The notes below the pieces were generated by a model, which ran no database searches, was not told where the DNA came from, and worked only from the letters and a program-made list of their open reading frames with translations. Positions 56,752-64,000 of a stretch of DNA of 64,000 nucleotides are shown piece after piece. Positions within the stretch are counted from its first letter, which is position 1, and the number at the start of each line of letters is the position of its first letter. The stretch spans positions 22,046-86,045 of the forward strand of contig JAWLEH010000003.1 in NCBI GenBank assembly GCA_041686215.1, in the 5' to 3' direction. The translations under genes and the position numbers were made by a program. Source of the DNA: Balneolaceae bacterium. Lineage in GTDB: Bacteria > Bacteroidota > Rhodothermia > Balneolales > Balneolaceae.

Positions 56752-57450
56752 TTACCGGTCGAAGTACTGATTTAATTGTGTCGCCATCTCTTCTTTTTTA
56801 CCGGAAAGATCCTGCACAACCGTTCCTTTTTCAAGAAGCACGATCCGGCTGCAAATATCCGTGACGTGAACAAGATCGTGACTGGAAATTAAAAAAGTGG
56901 TTTCCTGGTTTTTATTTTCCGTGGTGATAAGCTTTTTCAAGCGGTTCTGAGAAGTAGGGTCGAGATTTTCAAACGGTTCATCCAGAATGATCAGGTCCGG
57001 TTCACTGAGGAATGCAGCTGCTATACCGGTTTTTTTGCGATTTCCCTTCGACAGGCTTCGGATATACTTTTTTTTAAATCTGATCTCGTCATTGAATAGC
57101 GGGTCAAATTGCCTGAGCCTGTCTTCAGCAGCTTTTGGGGATACCTGGTAGACTTCCCGGAGCATATCAAAGTATTCATCCGGAGTGAGAAAGGGCAGCA
57201 ACATGTGTTCGTCGAGGTAGGAGCCGACTTGTGTTTTCCAGTCCTCGGTTTGATGAACGGCCCGGCCGAAAAGGGTAACGGTTCCGGATGTGGAGCGGAT
57301 CAAATCGAGAATGAGTCGGAAAAGGGTCGTTTTGCCGGCCCCGTTATTTCCTACAAGCCCGAAGCACTCCCCTTTGCTGATCTCAAGTGCCGGTATGTTC
57401 AGTACCGTCTCTCCGTAATATCTTTTCACCAAATTTTGAATAGAAATCAT
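56752..57450 (-). CDS. ABC transporter ATP-binding protein
   Basis: 232 aa with Walker A GNNGAGKTT, signature LSKGNRKKTGIAAA and Walker B LIILDEPFENLD. Its start overlaps the upstream gene's stop (ATGA at 57450-57447). Confidence 0.85.
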   Translation of the reverse strand: MISIQNLVKRYYGETVLNIPALEISKGECFGLVGNNGAGKTTLFRLILDLIRSTSGTVTLFGRAVHQTEDWKTQVGSYLDEHMLLPFLTPDEYFDMLREVYQVSPKAAEDRLRQFDPLFNDEIRFKKKYIRSLSKGNRKKTGIAAAFLSEPDLIILDEPFENLDPTSQNRLKKLITTENKNQETTFLISSHDLVHVTDICSRIVLLEKGTVVQDLSGKKEEMATQLNQYFDR

Positions 57451-58952
57451 GAACTGCTTCTGAAGGTATGTGAAATTTTATGTCTGCTCTTGCTGAGCAT
57501 ACGTACTGTTACACCGGAAAGTTGTTTGTGAAAAAGAAGCCCGAGAATACCGAATAGACCTACAGCAGCAAGCCCGGCTGAGGCGTTGAAAATTAAAGCA
57601 AATGGCATATAAACGAAATACGGGACGATGAAAATGGGCACAGCCATAATGAACTGGGCCACACCCACACCTTCGTAGTTAAACATGGCGCTTTTGTTGA
57701 TGTCCATAGGCTTAGGTTGCCAAAGTGCCATCAGGCTGATGATGTGAATACCTATGCCCAGGTTATAGAGAACGGCAGCTGTGTGAACAGCAAGTATATG
57801 CCAGCCGAAATATACATAAGGCAGAGCCAGCAGGTATGATATGACTCCGGATGCTCCCAGGATAAGCATCTTGCCACCAATGAGATCGCTCAGCCCGTTT
57901 TTTTGCACCATAAAGTGGTCAAAAAAAGAGGTGTTCCAGCTGAGAAAAAACTGGGCGTATTGAATCATGAAAAAACCGGTGACAAAGATTCCGGCAAAGA
58001 GGTAGGTGTGCGAAATGTTGACTGAATTACTGTCTAGCTCTGGCATGTAAAAAATCAGGCCGTACAGTAGTCCAAAAAGGGAAAAGTAGAGGTAGCTACG
58101 ACTCTTCTTGTGCCGCAGAATCAGCTTTAACTCAGTGTCGGCAACACGCCCGGCATTGCCAAAAGCATAAAACAGGTTTGGAAAGGCTGAACTGCTTTCT
58201 TTTTTGGTTGTGATTTTCTCTTCATCTAAGTAAGCCCGGCGAACGTTGAACCTGTGGAGGCTGATGTACGAGATAATACAAATAATGGCTGCCAGTAAGG
58301 GTGATGCAGGAAAATGAAGAGGCAGTGAAAAAAACGGGGCAAACCAGGCGCCAGGACTAAAGATGCCAAGGTAAAGGGTGACGAATGGTGAGGCCCATAT
58401 CATAAGCGCCAAAAATGCTACAGGTAACGGAACCGTTACATTTCTCAGCACCAAAACGAACCAGTGGACCAGGTTGCTGATCAGGAGAATAGTAACCAGC
58501 CAGCCAGTTGCAGCCAAAGTCCCGAATGCGGGCGACATTTCCATGATTGTTACCGGCAGAAATAGAATGAGCGGAACCAGTGTGAACGGAGTGAGGAGTG
58601 ACCGGACAAGCAGAAAGTGAATGATTCCCTTGCGGCTGACGGGAAGATGGAGAAACAGGGAAAGGTTAAACTGCGGTTTTTTCTGGAAGGCAAACCGTAC
58701 GGCAAACTCAATCAAAAAATAAAAAATGAGCACTTGATTGAGGAAAGAAGGTACATTGTTGATCTCCAGAACGTTTACCAGGATCGGGCTCAGAAATACC
58801 CCGATGGCAACCAGGTAGGTCAGTAACAGGAGCACCAAAAGTAAAACCAACAGACCGCTCAGCATACTTCGCCCGAGGGAAAAGGAGCGGGAAAGCTCAA
58901 GTGCCCAAAGGCGTATAAATTGGGGTGCCATTCGCAGGCCTGATTTAAGCAT
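57447..58952 (-). CDS. large polytopic membrane protein, putative permease partner of the ABC ATPase
   Basis: 501 aa with about 12 hydrophobic segments and no motif I recognise. It is translationally coupled to the ATPase gene. Confidence 0.5.
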   Translation of the reverse strand: MLKSGLRMAPQFIRLWALELSRSFSLGRSMLSGLLVLLLVLLLLTYLVAIGVFLSPILVNVLEINNVPSFLNQVLIFYFLIEFAVRFAFQKKPQFNLSLFLHLPVSRKGIIHFLLVRSLLTPFTLVPLILFLPVTIMEMSPAFGTLAATGWLVTILLISNLVHWFVLVLRNVTVPLPVAFLALMIWASPFVTLYLGIFSPGAWFAPFFSLPLHFPASPLLAAIICIISYISLHRFNVRRAYLDEEKITTKKESSSAFPNLFYAFGNAGRVADTELKLILRHKKSRSYLYFSLFGLLYGLIFYMPELDSNSVNISHTYLFAGIFVTGFFMIQYAQFFLSWNTSFFDHFMVQKNGLSDLIGGKMLILGASGVISYLLALPYVYFGWHILAVHTAAVLYNLGIGIHIISLMALWQPKPMDINKSAMFNYEGVGVAQFIMAVPIFIVPYFVYMPFALIFNASAGLAAVGLFGILGLLFHKQLSGVTVRMLSKSRHKISHTFRSSS

Positions 58953-59713
58953 AAGTAATGGTACACGTTGGTTGAAAAATATTCAACCTTGTTCCAGGTA
59001 ATTAGAAAAAGGGGGATTATATATAAGATCCTGTCGGTCTGGGACAACATAAAAATCATCCCGGCCGGCATATGAACAGGGCGCATCAAACCTTGCAAAG
59101 TCAGGTTTGGCAAGACAACTGAAGTACCATATGGACCTGAATGCTATCTTGCAGGAATGCGGCGTACAATTTTGAAATACCATGTTGCTATAAGAAGTAA
59201 TAGTAATAATATCACCCTTAATAATATGTTGTACAGTACATTAAAATATTTTATCTATAAATATTCTATTTATAGAATAAAGTTACTAAATATATTCTTA
59301 GCAACAGTTTACTTAGATTTATTGGAAAATGACCTGACAGGCTCCAAAAGATAATTACGGGGCGTTTGTAACCTCCATTTTAAAACTGATTTTGACATTT
59401 ATTTAATTCGAACTAAAGCTACAAGGTTTAGTTTTAAGCCATTTAAAAATTGTAATAAATATTTTCAAGTGCCATCCCCGGAAGGTCCACCGAGTGCGAT
59501 TTAAATGTCTGTCCGGACTACGGTGGCGCAGACCTTTGGAAAAAAGTAAGGACTTGCCCCGGCAAGTAAGCAAGTAGAAGCAACGTAGAATAATGGTTCA
59601 GCCGAATAGAATGATATGAATCAGTGGAAGAATGGGGATACCGGATTCGAAATCACGGAAGAACACCCTATCTTTACGGCAGAGAAATCAACGCAAAAAA
59701 ACAGGACTGAAAT

Positions 59714-60340
59714 TTGGCAGAACGTAAACCGACGGCCGAACAACTTCTCGAAGGAGAAGAGTATAAAAAACTGAAAGAACTGCATCATGATGAAATGGTG
59801 CCATTTCTGCTTGAAAATCTGAAAAATCGCAACCCTGTTAACGGGGTTTTTAAACATGGCACCATGTTGTTAATCGCCCTTGTTCTGTATGTGTGGATTG
59901 GAAGATGGGACACGACTTCCTTTTTCATCGGCCTGGGAGCAGGGATACTCTTTACATTTACCGTTGGAGTCATTATTCATGAAGTTCTGCACCTGATTGT
60001 TTATAAAATCTTGGGGGCAAAGAAAACAAGGTTAAAAGCGCTGTGGGATCAGGGAGCTGTTGCAGCTGTAGCTGACCGTTTTGTAGTATCAGAAAAGGAA
60101 TTTTATTTCCTGGCTTTTACACCGTTTGTAGTGTTGACAACGGCAGGAATAATAGCGCTGTTCAATACCTACGGCTGGGTTTTTTATGGGGTCTCAATAT
60201 TTTTAGTCGTACACGCTACAGCGTGTATTGGTGATTTTTCACTCGCAGGATTTATCTATGAAAACCGAAATCAATCCATTCTTACGTTTGATAATACTGA
60301 GGAAGACAAAAGCTACTTCTTCATAAAGAAAGAGTTATAG
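59714..60340 (+). CDS. membrane protein with HExxH motif (DUF3267-like putative zincin peptidase)
   Basis: 208 aa with a TTG start directly after an in-frame TGA at 59708-59710. HEVLH sits at the end of a TM helix (FTVGVIIHEVLHLIVYK), and three further TM segments follow. Confidence 0.4.
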   Translation: MAERKPTAEQLLEGEEYKKLKELHHDEMVPFLLENLKNRNPVNGVFKHGTMLLIALVLYVWIGRWDTTSFFIGLGAGILFTFTVGVIIHEVLHLIVYKILGAKKTRLKALWDQGAVAAVADRFVVSEKEFYFLAFTPFVVLTTAGIIALFNTYGWVFYGVSIFLVVHATACIGDFSLAGFIYENRNQSILTFDNTEEDKSYFFIKKEL

Positions 60341-60356
60341 TGTGCAGAAGTAATCG

Positions 60357-60845
60357 TTACATCGCCGGAATTTGGCCCCTTATTTCCCCAAGCCGATAAC
60401 GGTCGGATGCAATGTTGATGTAAAGAAGGCCCTTTGAGATGGCATCTCTTTGTGATTCGGTAAGTTTGAATTGATTTTCATCGCTTTCAAAAGTTCCGGA
60501 TTGGAGATCGTCCCCGGAAATTGAATTTAATTTGAATAACCTGTGCCCGTTTTTTCCGGGTGCACCGTATTGGATGTAGGCGGAGCGGTAAGCATTACTC
60601 AGGTCATGGAATTCGCCACTAACCGTTAATGAATCCCCGCGGAGCTCAACTAAAAGGAACCCCATGCCGGCGGTTCTTACAGGCGGGGTTTGATGGAAAC
60701 CTGCCAGGTTTACCTCTGCACTTCTTTGGGCATATAATGCCGGTATTTGGACCAGGAACATAGACAGAAGTAAAAGTCCGGTTCGTTTTTTCATTTTTCC
60801 CTCCGTTTCTTGTTCTAACGTGTCAGCGGACAGTTTAGCGTTCAC
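60357..60845 (-). CDS. CHRD domain-containing secreted protein
   Basis: The C-terminal LYINIASDRYRLGEIRGQI and the central YIQYGAPGKNGHRLF fit the CHRD pattern (HIH.G..G.nG.v ... GElRGQi). The probable true start is the Met at 60794 (MKKRTGLLLLSMFLV). Confidence 0.55.
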   Translation of the reverse strand: MNAKLSADTLEQETEGKMKKRTGLLLLSMFLVQIPALYAQRSAEVNLAGFHQTPPVRTAGMGFLLVELRGDSLTVSGEFHDLSNAYRSAYIQYGAPGKNGHRLFKLNSISGDDLQSGTFESDENQFKLTESQRDAISKGLLYINIASDRYRLGEIRGQIPAM

Positions 60846-60861
60846 AGATGTGTGAAAGAAA

Positions 60862-62235
60862 TCAGGAGAAACCGAAGACTACCATTCCAACCATGCAGAG
60901 TGCGGCAAGGCCAAGAAATTTCAGAAGCAGCGGCCAGCAAAAACGGAACCAGCGGTCGAACGGAACACCCGCCATTCCCAAAATGCCCATCAGGACGGCA
61001 TTGGTGGGTATAATCATGTTTGCAAAACCATCGCCAAAAATAAAGGCCTGGACGGCAATTTGCCTTGAAATACCCAGGATGTCACTCAGCGGAGCCATCA
61101 GGGGCATGGTTACAAATGCCTGGCCGCTGCCCGAGGGTACAAACAAGTTCAGAATAGTTTGCATGAGCATCATGCCCACACTTGCCAGTTCGGGCCCTAC
61201 AGAGCCAAGCGGCACGGAGAGTGCGTGAACAATTGTATGCAGGATTTGTCCGTCTTCCATGATGAGCGCTATGCCTCGCGCAATTCCCACCAGCAGGGCA
61301 GTTTCTACCAGGTCCCGCGCTCCGGATACAAATTCCCGGGCTGTTTCACTTGGTCCGATCCGGCCGATGAGGGCCGTTACCACACCCAGGATGAGAAAAG
61401 CGGCTCCGAGTTCGGTGAGGTACCATCCCCATCGTGCAATTCCCCATACCGAAATCCCAAGAGCCAATATAAAACTGATTAATATCACAACATGGCCCAT
61501 GGTCATGGAGGGATAGTTGCCCTTTGTTTCTCCATTATCCGGCATTTCAATACCCTCAAGCAGACTCTCAGAAGGGTTTCGGCGCACTTTTTTTGAATAA
61601 GACCAGATATGATGAGTTCCGATCAGCAAAAAGGGAACGAGAAGTCCCATACGCACCTGCCACCCTGAGTAGGTTGGCAGGCCGGCAACTCCCTGGGCCA
61701 CAACAACCGTGTATTGATTGAAGGCGGCAGCACCATAACCAACCCCATATCCTACCACAATTATTCCAACGGCAGTCATGGTATCGAGATTCATATTGCG
61801 GCAAAGTGCGGCCAGAATCAGCACAAAGGGGATGTATTCAGCTGATGCGCCCATTGCACTGGAGGTGAGGGCAAATACTGCGGTCGTAACAAAAATCAGG
61901 GTTCCGGGTTTGCCATCGAGCCGTTGCAGTAATCGGCCAAGAAGGGCATCAATCGTGCCGGTTTTTCGGATTACAGCCAGCACACCCCCGATGATAAAGA
62001 GGAAGAAAATAATGCCTTGCGAGTCAGCAAAGGCTCGTGGTATGGCTGTAAATAGTGTCAGCGGATTTAAAAAACGTCCGTCTTCTGCAACCTCGTAGGT
62101 TCCGGGTAAGACTACTTCGGTTCCGTTCACTACTTCCGAATCGAACGATCCCTGCGGAATAATCCAGGTTAGAGCCAGTGCTGATGCCATCAGGAAAAAC
62201 AGCAGGGTAAGCGTGTGGGGCATCCTAAATTTCAT
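60862..62235 (-). CDS. YfcC-family (DcuC-like) membrane carrier
   Basis: 457 aa, polytopic. The N-terminus MKFRMPHTLTLLFFLMASALALTWIIPQGSF resembles the YfcC-family start. Confidence 0.65.
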   Translation of the reverse strand: MKFRMPHTLTLLFFLMASALALTWIIPQGSFDSEVVNGTEVVLPGTYEVAEDGRFLNPLTLFTAIPRAFADSQGIIFFLFIIGGVLAVIRKTGTIDALLGRLLQRLDGKPGTLIFVTTAVFALTSSAMGASAEYIPFVLILAALCRNMNLDTMTAVGIIVVGYGVGYGAAAFNQYTVVVAQGVAGLPTYSGWQVRMGLLVPFLLIGTHHIWSYSKKVRRNPSESLLEGIEMPDNGETKGNYPSMTMGHVVILISFILALGISVWGIARWGWYLTELGAAFLILGVVTALIGRIGPSETAREFVSGARDLVETALLVGIARGIALIMEDGQILHTIVHALSVPLGSVGPELASVGMMLMQTILNLFVPSGSGQAFVTMPLMAPLSDILGISRQIAVQAFIFGDGFANMIIPTNAVLMGILGMAGVPFDRWFRFCWPLLLKFLGLAALCMVGMVVFGFS

Positions 62236-62313
62236 ATCGTACTGTCTGTAAGGTGATTTTTCAAATAGGCCTAAAATAGGGCCGTGTTCCTATTGAACCA
62301 AATGCCTTAAAAT

Positions 62314-63681
62314 TTACCCGCCAACCAGGCTTAATAAGAAATAGGCGCTCAACCCGAGGTAAATGGATACACCTGTAATGTCTGTGACAGTCGTGAGAAC
62401 GGGGCCGGTCATCAGGGCGGGGTCGCCTCCCCAGCGTTTGATTAAAAACGGAAGTGTTCCGCCGACAATGCCCGCCACAAACACATTAATGGCAAGTGCT
62501 GTACCGGCTACCAACCCGAGCATAAGGTTGGCCTGTACAAGGTAGGCAATCAGGGCAAAGAGCAGCCCCAGCAGAGTGCCATTTACCAGCCCCACCAAAA
62601 TTTCTTTCTTTGCGGCCCGCCAGTATTCACTCAGGCGAACTTCACCCAGGGCGATGCTGCGAATAGAAACAGACAGTGCCTGGATACCTACATTGCCGCC
62701 CATATCCGTGATCATTGGGAGAAAAATGGCCAGCGCAGCAACAGCTTGTATTGTTTCTTCAAATGAGGCGATGACCGCTACGGCACCAAGGTTTAGAAGT
62801 ACGTTGCCGGCCATCCATGGCAGCCGCTTTTTCACCGAACCCATAGGAGGAGTATAGAACGATTCATCCGCCGAGGCCGCTCCCATATGCATAAACATAT
62901 CGGCCATGTTTTCAGATAAAATTTCAATCGCATCGTCTAAAAGCAGAACGCCAACAATGGTGTCGTTATCGTTCAGTACGGGGAGCATCTGGAACCGGCG
63001 ATTGCGTAAAAGCTGTGCTGCTTCTGTTGCATCATCGTCGGTGTGAACGGCAACCACATCGGGCGACATGAGCGTGTCAATCAATGTTTTAGGATTGGTG
63101 CGGATGAGGTCTTTCATGGATACTACACCCTCCGGTTTGCCATTACTGTTTACTACAAACACATATGCCTTGTTTTCAATCTGTACGGGCGCATCTTTAA
63201 TGGCAATGAGTGTATCTTTGATGGTAGAGCCCTTTTTTACTGCAGTGAAATGAGAGTTCATCACAGCCCCCACAGTGCCCGGCTTATAACGCATCAGATC
63301 GCGGATCATAGTCTCCAGTGCCGGATTGATGAGGCTAAACAGTTCGGATGCCTCATCTTGCTCCATCAGCTGCATGATATCTGCCGCATGGTCAATAGGT
63401 ATATCATCAAGAAGAGAAGCACCTGTCTTAGGATTCATCTGTTCAAGAATCTCTACGGACATTTCCGGGGGAAAGTGTGCGAGGATCTGACCGGCCTGTT
63501 TTTGATCCGCTTTTTCAAGAAATGGAATAATTAACTCATAGTCGCTGTTTGTGAGGATCTGTGCGATCCGCCCGGCAGAGATATTTTGTGCGGAAAGAAC
63601 CGCGTTATCAAGATCTACCTGGTTTAAATAAGCTTCAAACTCTTCCCGATAGGATTTCAGGATTTCGGGTTCAAGTATCAT
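62314..63681 (-). CDS. mgtE: magnesium transporter MgtE
   Basis: 455 aa with the N-terminal MgtE_N helical region and a CBS pair (VMNSHFTAVKKGSTIKD..., LMSPDVVAVHTDDDATEAAQLLRNRRFQMLPVL). The C-terminal TM domain has FLPMITDMGGNVGIQ and TDITG. Confidence 0.9.
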   Translation of the reverse strand: MILEPEILKSYREEFEAYLNQVDLDNAVLSAQNISAGRIAQILTNSDYELIIPFLEKADQKQAGQILAHFPPEMSVEILEQMNPKTGASLLDDIPIDHAADIMQLMEQDEASELFSLINPALETMIRDLMRYKPGTVGAVMNSHFTAVKKGSTIKDTLIAIKDAPVQIENKAYVFVVNSNGKPEGVVSMKDLIRTNPKTLIDTLMSPDVVAVHTDDDATEAAQLLRNRRFQMLPVLNDNDTIVGVLLLDDAIEILSENMADMFMHMGAASADESFYTPPMGSVKKRLPWMAGNVLLNLGAVAVIASFEETIQAVAALAIFLPMITDMGGNVGIQALSVSIRSIALGEVRLSEYWRAAKKEILVGLVNGTLLGLLFALIAYLVQANLMLGLVAGTALAINVFVAGIVGGTLPFLIKRWGGDPALMTGPVLTTVTDITGVSIYLGLSAYFLLSLVGG

Positions 63682-63719
63682 TGCCGTTACTCAAAGTGTT
63701 GATTGATAATAGCATCTGC

Positions 63720-63838
63720 CCACTCCGAAAAATCATGCGTTTTATAAATTAGCGGCGCGAGCTTAAATAATGCAGGCTTATTTGTTTCGAACTCATCCCT
63801 GTCCCCTCTTTAAAAAATCAGAGAGGGGTATGAGGTCT
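63720..63838. repeat. tandem repeat unit, copy 1 (~119 nt, period 131 nt)
   Basis: ccactccgaaaaatcatgcgtt...agcttaaataatg...tatttgtttcgaactca...cccctct-ttaaaaaatc-agagggg-tatgaggtct, aligned by eye to 63851-63968. Confidence 0.85.
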
Positions 63839-63850
63839 ACATTATTGAGT

Positions 63851-63968
63851 CCACTCCGAAAAGTCATGCGTTCTGAAAATCAGCGGCACAAGCTTAAATA
63901 ATTTAGGTTTATTTGTTTCGAACTCACCCCACCCCCTCTCTAAAGATTTAGAGAGGGGTATGCGGTCT
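63851..63968. repeat. tandem repeat unit, copy 2
   Basis: ccactccgaaaagtcatgcgtt...agcttaaataatt...tatttgtttcgaactca...ccctctct-aaagattt-agagaggg-gtatgcggtct. It is most-positions identical to copy 1, with scattered substitutions and small indels. Confidence 0.85.
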
Positions 63969-64000
63969 TAATTATTTAAGCTTGTTATAAACATTAGATC

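Noticed and set aside
63720-63968. CRISPR array, or tRNA-derived element suggested by the gtttcgaac / gagttcgaaac T-loop-like string.
   Set aside because: Only two long (~119 nt) imperfect units are present with a 12-nt gap, so there are no short repeat-spacer alternations and no cas genes. The flanks of the TTCGAA string cannot form a T stem or an acceptor stem.

Overview
Chromosomal window, probably from a Bacteroidota/Balneolota-like genome (inferred from gene content only). It starts inside dnaA (minus strand, cut by the left edge). A cluster of perfect DnaA boxes follows, making a candidate oriC. The next ~46 kb is mostly housekeeping: prmC, eno, recF plus a DUF721/DciA-like gene, ispH, cutA, tRNA-Leu, tig-clpP-clpX, an orphan histidine kinase, an ECF-type sigma factor, aroC, mlaEFD, ribD-ribE, an LptD-like OMP, glucokinase, tRNA-Lys, HIT-aroQ, NfeD plus two SPFH genes, and an aldehyde DH / alcohol DH / DUF779 module with a divergent AraC regulator. 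The stand-out accessory region is 47.4-56.7 kb, a curli-type (type VIII secretion) functional-amyloid locus with non-canonical architecture. It has five consecutive secreted curlin-repeat paralogs and a small single-TM protein. After a 0.6-kb spacer comes a tightly packed operon: a CarboxypepD_reg-like lipoprotein, CsgE with a long acidic N-terminal extension, CsgF, and CsgG fused to an extra C-terminal beta-barrel-like domain. I see no csgD or csgC homolog. The window ends with an ABC ATPase plus polytopic membrane protein pair, a CHRD protein, a YfcC-family carrier, mgtE, and a ~131-bp tandem repeat at the right edge. I found no rRNA, CRISPR array, transposase, integrase or recognisable defence system. 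All calls rest on by-eye motif recognition in the supplied translations and my own reading of the DNA. No database search was run.
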